A DNA stretch of 63,986 nt, filler included, from Octopus bimaculoides (GCF_001194135.2; 6 parts of 6 records of this genome joined end to end with filler, not necessarily neighbours in it), one strand, 5' to 3'; shown: positions 26,166-38,251, counted from the whole stretch's first letter. Numbers and translations: made by a program. Notes: generated by a model not told the origin, from the sequence alone.

Positions 26166-26500
26166 GTTGGCACTCCGTCGCTTACGACGTCGAGGGTTCC
26201 AGTTGATCCGATCAACGGAACAGCCTGCTCGTGAAATTAACGTGCAAGCGGCTGAGCACTCCACAGACACGGGTACCCTTAACGTAGTTCTCGGGGATAT
26301 TCAGCGTGACACAGAGTGTGACAAGGCTGACCCTTTGAATTACAGGCACAACAGAAACAGGAAGTAAGAGTGAGAGAAAGTTGTGTTGAAAGAATACAGC
26401 AGGGTTCGCCACCATCCCCTGCCGGAGCCTCGTGGAGCTTTAGGAGTTTTCGCTCTATAAACACTCACAACGCCCGGTCTGGGAATCGAAACCGCGATCC
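26166..26500 (-). mobile_element. SINE family B, young copy
   Basis: High identity to 14754-15099. Confidence 0.92.
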
Positions 26501-27548
26501 AATNNNNNNNNNNNNNNNNNNNNNNNNNNNNNNNNNNNNNNNNNNNNNNNNNNNNNNNNNNNNNNNNNNNNNNNNNNNNNNNNNNNNNNNNNNNNNNNNN
26601 NNNNNNNNNNNNNNNNNNNNNNNNNNNNNNNNNNNNNNNNNNNNNNNNNNNNNNNNNNNNNNNNNNNNNNNNNNNNNNNNNNNNNNNNNNNNNNNNNNNN
26701 NNNNNNNNNNNNNNNNNNNNNNNNNNNNNNNNNNNNNNNNNNNNNNNNNNNNNNNNNNNNNNNNNNNNNNNNNNNNNNNNNNNNNNNNNNNNNNNNNNNN
26801 NNNNNNNNNNNNNNNNNNNNNNNNNNNNNNNNNNNNNNNNNNNNNNNNNNNNNNNNNNNNNNNNNNNNNNNNNNNNNNNNNNNNNNNNNNNNNNNNNNNN
26901 NNNNNNNNNNNNNNNNNNNNNNNNNNNNNNNNNNNNNNNNNNNNNNNNNNNNNNNNNNNNNNNNNNNNNNNNNNNNNNNNNNNNNNNNNNNNNNNNNNNN
27001 NNNNNNNNNNNNNNNNNNNNNNNNNNNNNNNNNNNNNNNNNNNNNNNNNNNNNNNNNNNNNNNNNNNNNNNNNNNNNNNNNNNNNNNNNNNNNNNNNNTA
27101 TATATATAGATAGATAGATAGATAGATATATAAATAGTATATTAGTAAAACTTCCGTGGGTATTCTCTTTTTGGGGGTGGCACACTCTAATGTAAGATAT
27201 CAGTGCTGCTCATCTAGTGTTGTTCTACCCCTAATACTGCTTTATAAGAGGTCATCGTATAAAAAGCGAGATGCATACATTACCAGGAAGCTAGAAATTC
27301 ACAATATGTGTAAGGGGGAATAATCTTTCAATGAAATATAACGACGATATTAGCTCTCACTTTGAAGAACTGTACATTTTTTTTTTTTCAAAACCGGCAT
27401 AGAAAATAAAAAACAAAACGCCTGACGCAACGTAGGGATAAAGGGGTAGGTAGACCACCGATATGTGATAAATGATGCAAAGTCTGTGACTCACATCATA
27501 ATAATCTGTCCGAAATGTTATCAGAATATTATCTACATATAAGACATG

Positions 27549-27710
27549 CACATGCGTAGCTAAAGTGTACCGCCCGGGGCGGCCCTTCCGTTTGCCGCCC
27601 CCGGACCCCACAAAAAACACATACTGCCTACAACAGACCCAAAAGTGGTACCCCTTTAATAGTACCGCCCTTAGTGCCCGCCACCCCACCCCACCCCAGC
27701 TACGCTAGTG
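27549..27710. mobile_element. hAT-type MITE
   Basis: 13-bp TIRs CACATGCGTAGCT / AGCTACGCTAGTG; degenerate 8-bp flanks AAGACATG / CAGGCATG; GC-rich interior. Confidence 0.6.
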
Positions 27711-27820
27711 CAGGCATGATGCTTTGGTCAGAATATCGTTAAATACAATTTGCAGAAAGGGTACTCCCGAAGATAGAAACACGAAGCCACCGTAATATGG
27801 GGCGATATAAACCCTCATCT

Positions 27821-28141
27821 GAAAGCGCATGGCTTAGTGGTGAGTGTAATCGGCTTACCAACGTAGGTCCCGAGTTCGATTCTCCTTGGGCGCGTTGAGT
27901 CCTTGAGCAAGACACTTTATTTCCCGTTGCTCCATTCCACTCAGCTGAAAAATGAGTAGCACCTGTATTTCAAAAGCTGGCCTTGTCACATTCTGTGTCA
28001 CGCTGAAATTTTCTGAGATCTAAATTAAGGGCACACGTGTCTGTGGAGTGCTCAGCTAGCTGCTTATTAATTTCACGTGTCGAGATTGTTCCGTTGATCC
28101 GATCAACTGGAACTTTCGTCGTCGTAATCAACAGAATGCCA
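27821..28141 (+). mobile_element. SINE family B variant (short body), full length
   Basis: tRNA head, GTCCTTGAGCAAGACACTTT core, B tail. Confidence 0.87.
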
Positions 28142-28910
28142 TTTATAAGCCCTCGTGATATAAAAGAATACTAGTTTGGTGCCCCTGTCCTGACTTCAAT
28201 AAAATGCCGGTTAAGAAGACTAGACACGATAATCAGGAACACGGAAAGTAAATTGTGCACAGAAACAAAACATCAATGCTGAACAAATGAATAAATGAGA
28301 AACCTGCGGCTATTACAACCAGACTATGACTTATAGATTTATATAAGTGATTACTGGAAGCTTTGGATACATAAGTTTGTGTACATAATGATAAATAGTA
28401 ATCTTCAGAAGATGAGCTTCACAAAACACGAGACAAAAAAGGGCTAATAGGAAGATTTCAGCTATGAGTCATTGTAGACCCTATGAAATTATTCCACAAG
28501 TTTGACATGTATTAAGTACATATACACATGTGTTTGATATATTCAAACATAGGAATGCATATTCATACACATGTCAGAACATACGTACGTCCCAGCTTAT
28601 AAATCGACATGTGTAATTCCAGTCGTGTTGGCGCGCATGTGTACGTGGGCGCATATATACATAGAATCGGCACATACATGTTTGTAACGTATCCATGCGT
28701 ATATGCAAGCGCGCATACGTGCACACGTGCATACACACGTATACACGCATGCATAGCACGTGGTTGTGATCGAGATTCTAATGAATAAGTCTTGTTTTCT
28801 GGGTTAGAAACCGGCTCTGTCACCATTGGTTAGAAATTCGAAGTATAAAACTAGAACATACACACATAAACACACACACACACACACACATACATACATA
28901 TATATATATA

Positions 28911-29010
28911 NNNNNNNNNNNNNNNNNNNNNNNNNNNNNNNNNNNNNNNNNNNNTTAATTAATTAANNNNNNNNNNNNNNNNNNNNNNNNNNNNNNNNNN
29001 NNNNNNNNNN
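28911..29010. other. Artificial 100-bp scaffold join
   Basis: N44-TTAATTAATTAA-N44. Confidence 0.95.
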
Positions 29011-29069
<59 letters not shown>

Positions 29070-29471
29070 TATATCTATACACAGATATATCTATACGTGC
29101 ATTTATATATATATTTATGTATGCATGTATATATACATATATATATATGTATATATACATATATATATATTGTGTGTACATTTAAGTACAAAGAGGCGAG
29201 CCTTGACAGGTTGCCTAGCATACTAGAAAGAACAGTCAAAAAGTCCAAACCACAGTTAAGAGCAATTTCAAAGGGAATGAAAAATAAAAACATTTACCAT
29301 GTTTTACACCCAGACCTCAGGTTTCAAACTTTAATTAGCAAATAAAATAATTTGCAAGGCAAAGTTCTCATCAGCAGATACGCCAAAACATTAACATATA
29401 AATTAGAAATCAAATAACACGTGTCTCATCCTTATATATTATAATTTTTCAAATTCTACCTACTCTATATC

Positions 29472-29514
<43 letters not shown>

Positions 29515-29751
29515 CATGTGAAAAGGTCAAATAATATTTCATCCTTTACTTTGGAGGGTTCCAAAGGGTGATTTCTAACAAAGATGCTTCATATTTTGCT
29601 GGTAGCTTACTGGCATAAGATTTTTGCAAATATGAAATTATTACATGTATATGGTGTGTTCTGAGAATTTATGGAAAGGGATTCCATAGAAACTTAACAA
29701 ATATGTTAAAAATGGAGACGAGAAGATGTTGAAATTTGAAAGAATTTTGAT

Positions 29752-29865
29752 ACATGCATACGATCGTTTCAAACAGCGATATTAATATGTAAATAAAATG
29801 GTAGAATAATTAAAATTAATTTGATTAAATTAAATTAAATATCACTGTTCTCCTCACAACACATC
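29752..29865 (-). ncRNA. Hammerhead ribozyme-like motif (type I, long stem II), core mutated at C3
   Basis: GTGAGGA-GAACAGTGATATT...AATATCGCTGTTT-GAAAC-GATC-GTA; 13-bp stem II base. Confidence 0.6.
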
Positions 29866-30713
29866 ATATATATACATATACATGTATACATATATNNNNN
29901 NNNNNNNNNNNNNNNNNNNNNNNNNNNNNNNNNNNNNNNNNNNNNNNNNNNNNNNNNNNNNNNNNNNNNNNNNNNNNNNNNNNNNNNNNNNNNNNNNNNN
30001 NNNNNNNNNNNNNNNNNNNNNNNNNNNNNNNNNNNNNNNNNNNNNNNNNNNNNNNNNNNNNNNNNNNNNNNNNNNNNNNNNNNNNNNNNNNNNNNNNNNN
30101 NNNNNNNNNNNNNNNNNNNNNNNNNNNNNNNNNNNNNNNNNNNNNNNNNNNNNNNNNNNNNNNNNNNNNNNNNNNNNNNNNNNNNNNNNNNNNNNNNNNN
30201 NNNNNNNNNNNNNNNNNNNNNNNNNNNNNNNNNNNNNNNNNNNNNNNNNNNNNNNNNNNNNNNNNNNNNNNNNNNNNNNNNNNNNNNNNNNNNNNNNNNN
30301 NNNNNNNNNNNNNNNNNNNNNNNNNNNNNNNNNNNNNNNNNNNNNNNNNNNNNNNNNNNNNNNNNNNNNNNNNNNNNNNNNNNNNNNNNNNNNNNNNNNN
30401 NNNNNNNNNNNNNNNNNNNNNNNNNNNNNNNNNNNNNNNNNNNNNNNNNNNNNNNNNNNNNNNNNNNNNNNNNNNNNNNNNNNNNNNNNNNNNNNNNNNN
30501 NNNNNNNNNNNNNNNNNNNNNNNNNNNNNNNNNNNNNNNNNNNNNNNNNNNNNNNNNNNNNNNNNNNNNNNNNNNNNNNNNNNNNNNNNNNNNNNNNNNN
30601 NNNNNNNNNNNNNNNNNNNNNNNNNNNNNNNNNNNNNNNNNNNNNNNNNNNNNNNNNNNNNNNNNNNNNNNNNNNNNNNNNNNNNNNNNNNNNNNNNNNN
30701 NNNNNNNNNNNNN

Positions 30714-30770
<57 letters not shown>

Positions 30771-30779
30771 ACAAATGAA

Positions 30780-31085
30780 AGGCAGAAGATCGAATATATG
30801 AGAATTTATTATTAATCATGGCAATTGTTTCGACACATCTAGCACTGATTCCTCTTGGGTGGGACACTCAACAACTGGTTAAGGAGCATCCAGTGGTGCA
30901 GATGTATTTCATCGGGTGATAAATAAATAAATACAACTCATTAAAATGACTGTTCCACAATATAACTTTACTTTTTGCAGAAAGAAAAACAGCCAAACGA
31001 AGGAAATATCTTCATTTATATAGAAGATGAAAAATAAAATGAAAGATGACAAAAAGAAAAACGAACACGTAATCCAGCAAGAAAA
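30780..31085 (-). mobile_element. Interspersed repeat family F carrying a decayed long-stem-II hammerhead (probable Penelope-like terminal repeat)
   Basis: Reverse-complement homolog of 35790-36022; CCGATGA...AGATGTGTC-GAAAC-AATT-GCC. Confidence 0.65.
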
Positions 31086-31153
<68 letters not shown>

Positions 31154-32469
31154 NNNNNNNNNNNNNNNNNNNNNNNNNNNNNNNNNNNNNNNNNNNNNNN
31201 NNNNNNNNNNNNNNNNNNNNNNNNNNNNNNNNNNNNNNNNNNNNNNNNNNNNNNNNNNNNNNNNNNNNNNNNNNNNNNNNNNNNNNNNNNNNNNNNNNNN
31301 NNNNNNNNNNNNNNNNNNNNNNNNNNNNNNNNNNNNNNNNNNNNNNNNNNNNNNNNNNNNNNNNNNNNNNNNNNNNNNNNNNNNNNNNNNNNNNNNNNNN
31401 NNNNNNNNNNNNNNNNNNNNNNNNNNNNNNNNNNNNNNNNNNNNNNNNNNNNNNNNNNNNNNNNNNNNNNNNNNNNNNNNNNNNNNNNNNNNNNNNNNNN
31501 NNNNNNNNNNNNNNNNNNNNNNNNNNNNNNNNNNNNNNNNNNNNNNNNNNNNNNNNNNNNNNNNNNNNNNNNNNNNNNNNNNNNNNNNNNNNNNNNNNNN
31601 NNNNNNNNNNNNNNNNNNNNNNNNNNNNNNNNNNNNNNNNNNNNNNNNNNNNNNNNNNNNNNNNNNNNNNNNNNNNNNNNNNNNNNNNNNNNNNNNNNNN
31701 NNNNNNNNNNNNNNNNNNNNNNNNNNNNNNNNNNNNNNNNNNNNNNNNNNNNNNNNNNNNNNNNNNNNNNNNNNNNNNNNNNNNNNNNNNNNNNNNNNNN
31801 NNNNNNNNNNNNNNNNNNNNNNNNNNNNNNNNNNNNNNNNNNNNNNNNNNNNNNNNNNNNNNNNNNNNNNNNNNNNNNNNNNNNNNNNNNNNNNNNNNNN
31901 NNNNNNNNNNNNNNNNNNNNNNNNNNNNNNNNNNNNNNNNNNNNNNNNNNNNNNNNNNNNNNNNNNNNNNNNNNNNNNNNNNNNNNNNNNNNNNNNNNNN
32001 NNNNNNNNNNNNNNNNNNNNNNNNNNNNNNNNNNNNNNNNNNNNNNNNNNNNNNNNNNNNNNNNNNNNNNNNNNNATAATCTTCCAATACTGAAACATGT
32101 GTAGTTCCTTCATATTTAATAATCTTAATTTTAACTTAAGTAGGAGATACTTAAGGAAGTATATTTTATACCCTGCTACTATACTGGTTCTATTCTTTAA
32201 AGTATTATTTCATGATGTGCAAATAGATACCACAAGTTTACCTTCAGATATACTCATTGCATTATCTGAAATAGAATACCCACATATCTATTAATCCCCA
32301 AAACTGAATTATTATTGATTTCCATTATCTATTTTGTATAATTCTAGATAAATATATAAATATATGATAATCAAGACCCCTCTGTACAATATGCAGATGC
32401 ATGTAATGCTAAATAGTTGTACCTGATCGATTTAGCAATTCGTTTTCCCAAAGTAGGTGTGAGAGGGAG

Positions 32470-32960
32470 AGAAGAGAAGAGTTAGATGAAGATGGGAGGA
32501 GAGCTGAGCCTATGTGGCGCAAAGGAGCAAAGAGAGAGTATTAATCCCTGCTCACAGCAAAGACAGGAGTTCGAATGGCCCCTGTTCCAGGACAATCTGA
32601 ACACAGAAAGGTATTGTAAAGAGTGACCGGTAGAGCAGAAATGGCATGAGACCAGGGTGTTGTTGATGAGTCTGATGTCTCTGAGGTGTTCTGCAAACCG
32701 GTCAGCCAAGCAGTGTTCCATTTGACCAATGTATAGAGAAGGACAGAGAGAGCAGGAGATGCAGTAGATGACATCGCTATAAGTGAAGGTGAAGGAGTCA
32801 GTGATATGATAGAGTCGATGATGGGTGCCTGTGAGGAGGGTGGTGTTGGAGAGGTAAGGGCAAATGCAGCAGCATGGGCAGTTGCAGGGGAATGAGCCGA
32901 GTTGGGAGGTTAGGTTAGGGAAGAAGCTGTGAACCAAGAGGTCTCGTAAGTTGTGGGCCC
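32470..32960 (-). mobile_element. Penelope-like element GIY-YIG endonuclease fragment
   Basis: PCNCPCC.IC...VIYCISCSLCPSLYIGQ..HCLADRFAEHL. Confidence 0.88.
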
Positions 32961-32965
32961 ATATA

Positions 32966-33002
<37 letters not shown>

Positions 33003-33610
33003 NNNNNNNNNNNNNNNNNNNNNNNNNNNNNNNNNNNNNNNNNNNNNNNNNNNNNNNNNNNNNNNNNNNNNNNNNNNNNNNNNNNNNNNNNNNNNNNNNN
33101 NNNNNNNNNNNNNNNNNNNNNNNNNNNNNNNNNNNNNNNNNNNNNNNNNNNNNNNNNNNNNNNNNNNNNNNNNNNNNNNNNNNNNNNNNNNNNNNNNNNN
33201 NNNNNNNNNNNNNNNNNNNNNNNNNNNNNNNNNNNNNNNNNNNNNNNNNNNNNNNNNNNNNNNNNNNNNNNNNNNNNNNNNNNNNNNNNNNNNNNNNNNN
33301 NNNNNNNNNNNNNNNNNNNNNNNNNNNNNNNNNNNNNNNNNNNNNNNNNNNNNNNNNNNNNNNNNNNNNNNNNNNNNNNNNNNNNNNNNNNNNNNNNNNN
33401 NNNNNNNNNNNNNNNNNNNNNNNNNNNNNNNNNNNNNNNNNNNNNNNNNNNNNNNNNNNNNNNNNNNNNNNNNNNNNNNNNNNNNNNNNNNNNNNNNNNN
33501 NNNNNNNNNNNNNNNNNNNNNNNNNNNNNNNNNNNNNNNNNNNNNNNNNNNNNNNNNNNNNNNNNNNNNNNNNNNNNNNNNNNNNNNNNNNNNNNNNNNN
33601 NNNNNNNNNN

Positions 33611-33745
33611 GAGGGTGGTGTTGGAGAGGTAAGGGCAAATGCAGCAGCATGGGCAGTTGCAGGGGAATGAGCCGAGTTGGGAGGTTAGGTTAGGGAAGAA
33701 GCTGTGAACCAAGAGGTCTCGTAAGTTGTGGGCCCATATATATTT
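33611..33745 (-). repeat. Near-exact duplicate of 32838-32972 across a gap
   Basis: Identical sequence either side of the N run. Confidence 0.9.
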
Positions 33746-33796
33746 ATATATGTATATATATAAAATGAAATTAAGCAACAAGGATATCCAAAGTTA

Positions 33797-33886
33797 ATGC
33801 AGTACGATCGTTTCTTGCGATTCCATTTATTTAAGCAATGTGAACATTACATCAAATGTAAAATGCAGAGCAATCCTCAGCTGCAC
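33797..33886 (-). ncRNA. Type I hammerhead ribozyme motif with intact catalytic core
   Basis: GUGCAG-CUGAGGA-UUGC...GCAA-GAAA-C-GAUC-G-UA-CUGCAU: stem I 6 bp, stem II base 4 bp with long extension, palindromic stem III, GUA triplet. Confidence 0.75.
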
Positions 33887-34189
33887 AAAGATATAGAAAT
33901 ATACTGAAATTTCACTTCAACAGAAGGACATATTTTTGTAACTACATTTAAACTCTCCAGGTGGAAAGGAAGAATGCAAAAAACCATTTTGACTTAGCCA
34001 CTAGCCTGTATGGTCTTATTTTGGAATTGTATGGATAATGCCATACTTAATTCTGATGCCTAAACTTAAGTATCATATTCACCTTGAATCTAAATTTTTT
34101 ACATATATATATATATATACACACACATACACAAAGATATGAACATACATATATATGTGCATATACATACATGTTTATATATATATATA

Positions 34190-34420
34190 TAATCAATCCA
34201 AACATGAACAAGCAAGAAAAAACAACAACATGAGGACGTGGTACAAGTATTGTGTTATTGGATGCTCAGGAAAGGAAAGAAAAGAAAGAGGGTTTCATGT
34301 TTCAAGCGAAGCTCTTCACCAGAATTATAGAAAAAGTCCAAAGAAGGGAAGACAGAGAAAGAAAATTGGCAACAATACACACGTGGTCACATAGTGAAAT
34401 GACCGGAAGGGAATGGGTGA
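34190..34420 (-). mobile_element. Penelope-like terminal repeat fragment
   Basis: Minus strand CTGGTGA-A-GAGC-TTC-GCTT-GAAACATG. Confidence 0.45.
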
Positions 34421-34454
34421 AAAAAAGTTCTTTCTAAGACAGGAGAGTGCAAGA

Positions 34455-35325
34455 GAAGGACGTATGTGTGTGGATGTGTAGGTATGTGCGTGCGTGCAGG
34501 TTTGTATGTGTGTGTAATGATAGCACGTGCATGTGCGTATGTGTGTGTGTGTGGTTGTGGCTGTTTATGTATATGTGTGGTTGGACTTTGTGTCGCTTAA
34601 TGTCATAGGAAGAATTTATAGTAAGAATTTTTGGTAGGAGTGCCTGTCTGTTATGTGTCTCTCTTCACATGTGTGTAGGAGAATGGTCAGTAGAAAGGTG
34701 TTTAAGTGGTAGTTTGAAGTATGTGTGTGCGTGTATGTATATGTTGTGTGTGTGTGTTTTGCGTGCAGTGTGTGTACGTGTGTGTGCGTGTGTATGCGTG
34801 AGGTTGTGTGTGGAGTTATGTCTGTGGAGTAAATGTATGTTAGTCCGTGTGTGCGTGTGTATGTGTGTCCATGTATGCATAATTATGTGTGTGTATGTAT
34901 GAGTGTGTATTCTGTATGTATATGAGGTATGTGTGGGTTCATTTGCGTGTGCGTGTGTGTATGTGTATGCCTGTGAGTGTATGTGCATGTGTACATGTGT
35001 GTGTATGTATGTGCATGTGTATTTTGTGTGTGTGCGTGAACGAGGGGTTGTGTGTGTGGGGGGTATATGTGCGTTTTTTGCGTGCATATGCACGTGCGTG
35101 TGTGTGTAGCTGTGTGTGCATGTGTATATGTGTGCGTGTGTGTGTATGCGGGTGTGTATACGTGTATGCTTGGGGTTGTGAGTGTTAGGTATGTGTGCAT
35201 TCGTGTACATGTGTGCACATGTGTGTGTGTGTGTGCGCGCATGTGTGTGTGTATGTATATGTGTATACATGTGTGTATGTGTGTATGCATGTATACACAC
35301 ACACAAACATGTATATAAATACATA
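34455..35325. repeat. Long degenerate (GT)-rich microsatellite field
   Basis: Direct. Confidence 0.95.
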
Positions 35326-35629
35326 GTGAAACTAACTGAAATGAAACTAATATATATATCCATAGTCAAAGTATTAATAGTGAAGCTATTAAAACTGAAA
35401 GTGTTATCTCATTTTACAATAGAGATGTTATTGTTTCACTTTTGACACGTAATACTGAAATAGTGTAAGAGATAAGAGAATGCTCCGGGCTCACATTAGG
35501 CAAGAAGTTGAATATTTTTTTGGTTCATGACACTGCATGGACCCCAATTAAAACATGTGTAAAATTTGAATGAAATTGGTTGGGTAGTTCTTGAGTTTTA
35601 GTGATGCACACAGACAGATAGACAAACAC

Positions 35630-35790
35630 TGTCTTCTTGGATTTTGTGAACTATATTGTCCTCAAGAACTAGTACAGCTGGTTACTTGCTTCATCAATCT
35701 CTAAATGTTGAACTGCTAATTTATAAGTCATGATATAAACATGTATATATGTGGGGGTGAGGATTATATTTTTCTCTATTTTTATCTTTC
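35630..35790 (+). repeat. Local 160-bp duplication, copy 1 (copy 2 at 37725-37886)
   Basis: TCTTCTTGGATTTTGTGAACTATATTGTCCTCAAGAACTAGTACAGCTGG... present twice. Confidence 0.9.
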
Positions 35791-36022
35791 ATTAAGTGTT
35801 CATTTCTCTTTTTGTCTTCTGCAATTTTATCTTTGGATCTTCTATATATATGAAGAATTTTCCTCTGTCTGGCTGTTTTTCTCTCTGAATTTTGGAACAG
35901 TCATTCTAACGAGTTTTTCTATTTATCACCTGACGAGATGCGTCTGCACCACCGGATACTCCTGAACTAGTTTTTGTGTGTCCCACAAGAGGAGTCGATG
36001 CTAGATGTATCAAAACAATTAC
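35790..36022 (+). mobile_element. Repeat family F with decayed long-stem-II hammerhead
   Basis: CTGACGA-GATGCGTCT...AGATGTATC-AAAAC-AATT. Confidence 0.65.
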
Positions 36023-36849
36023 TCTTTTACTCCTTTACTTGTTTCAGTCATTTGACTGTGGCCATGCTGGAGCACCGCCTTTAGTCGAGCAAATCGACCC
36101 CAAGACTTATTCTTTGTAAGCCAAGTACTTATTCTATTGGCCTCTTTTGCCAAACTGCTAAGTTACGGGGATGTAAACACACCACCATCAGTTGTCAAGC
36201 GATGTTGGTGGGGACAAATACAGACACACAAACATATAGACACACACATACATGTATATATANNNNNNNNNNNNNNNNNNNNNNNNNNNNNNNNNNNNNN
36301 NNNNNNNNNNNNNNNNNNNNNNNNNNNNNNNNNNNNNNNNNNNNNNNNNNNNNNNNNNNNNNNNNNNNNNNNNNNNNNNNNNNNNNNNNNNNNNNNNNNN
36401 NNNNNNNNNNNNNNNNNNNNNNNNNNNNNNNNNNNNNNNNNNNNNNNNNNNNNNNNNNNNNNNNNNNNNNNNNNNNNNNNNNNNNNNNNNNNNNNNNNNN
36501 NNNNNNNNNNNNNNNNNNNNNNNNNNNNNNNNNNNNNNNNNNNNNNNNNNNNNNNNNNNNNNNNNNNNNNNNNNNNNNNNNNNNNNNNNNNNNNNNNNNN
36601 NNNNNNNNNNNNNNNNNNNNNNNNNNNNNNNNNNNNNNNNNNNNNNNNNNNNNNNNNNNNNNNNNNNNNNNNNNNNNNNNNNNNNNNNNNNNNNNNNNNN
36701 NNNNNNNNNNNNNNNNNNNNNNNNNNNNNNNNNNNNNNNNNNNNNNNNNNNNNNNNNNNNNNNNNNNNNNNNNNNNNNNNNNNNNNNNNNNNNNNNNNNN
36801 NNNNNNNNNNNNNNNNNNNNNNNNNNNNNNNNNNNNNNNNNNNNNNNNN

Positions 36850-36880
<31 letters not shown>

Positions 36881-37030
36881 CACACACATATATATGATGG
36901 GCTTCTTTCAGTTTCTGTCTACCAAATCCACTCACAAGGGTTTGGTCGGTCCGAGGCTATAGTGGAACTGAATCCAGAACCTTGAGGTTGGTAAGCAAGC
37001 TACTTACCACATGACCACTCCTGCACCTAT
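36022..37030 (-). mobile_element. SINE family A, full length, split by gap at its internal microsatellite
   Basis: Tail at 36022-36250 and head at 36893-37030 are collinear halves. Confidence 0.85.
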
Positions 37031-37039
37031 AGCTCCTGT

Positions 37040-37230
37040 GTGTGTGTGTATGTGTCTCTGTGTTTGTCACCCCACCATTGCTTGTCAACCAATGCTGCTG
37101 TGTTTATGTCCCTGTAGCTTAGCCATTTGGCAAAACAAACTGATAAAGTAAGTACTGTGGTTGATTTTGACTAAAGGAAGTGCACCAGCATGGCCGCAGT
37201 CAAATGACCGAAACAAGTAAAACAATGAAA
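37040..37230 (+). mobile_element. SINE family A, 3' half
   Basis: Shared body and tail. Confidence 0.8.
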
Positions 37231-37886
37231 AACTATGCCATTTTAATCCCGGGCAATGTCAGGTATCTCTGCTAGTATATGATAAAGATAATTCACATAA
37301 AAGACAAATACACAAAACAATGTATATGAATGTATAATATTGTGTGTGTACATATAAAACTGTATATGTGTGTATAACACTGCGTGTGTAACTGTTCCTA
37401 CATAGCACAATGTGTGTATGTGTGCACACACATAGCACAGTGTGTATACATGTGCGCACAAACACACAGACACACACATGGTACAGTGTGCATATGTGTG
37501 CACACATATGTAGCACAGTCTATGTATGCGCCCACATAATGCAGTATGTATATACTCACATACATAGTATGAGTATGTATATGTATGCACTCCTGTAACA
37601 AAGTATATGCATGTATGTGTGTGCACATATAATACAGCCTATGTACACACATGTGTTCATATAATCTTTCATTCTTTTACTAATTCCAGACATTCAACTA
37701 CAGCCATGCTGATGTTAGGATACTATCTTCTTGGATTTTGTGAACTATATTGTCCTCAAGAACTAGTACAGCTGGCTACTTGCTTTATCAATCTCTATAT
37801 GTTGAACTGCTAATTTACAAGTCATGATATAAACATATATATATGTGGGGGTGGGGGTTATATTTTTCTCTATTTTTATCTTTCAT

Positions 37887-38251
37887 CTTTTACTTGTTTC
37901 TGTCATTAGGCCATGGCCATGCTGGTACACCACCTTGAAGAGTTTTTAGTCAAAAAAATCAACTCCAATCCAGTTTTTTAAGCCAGGTATTTATTCTATT
38001 GGTCTCCTTTGCTGAACCACTAAATTACAGGGACACAAAGAAAGCAACACTCGTCAAGCAGTGGTTGGGGACAAACACTCACACACACACACACACACAC
38101 ATGTATATGATGAAGTTGTCTTAGTTTTCATCTACCAAATCCACTCACAAGGCTTTGATCTCCCCAAGACTATGTGACCCAAGGCGCCACATAGTGGGAC
38201 TGAACCTGGATCTATGTGGCTGGGAAGCAAGCTTCTTACCACACAGTCATG
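37887..38251 (-). mobile_element. SINE family A, decayed full length
   Basis: Head and tail modules on the minus strand. Confidence 0.8.
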
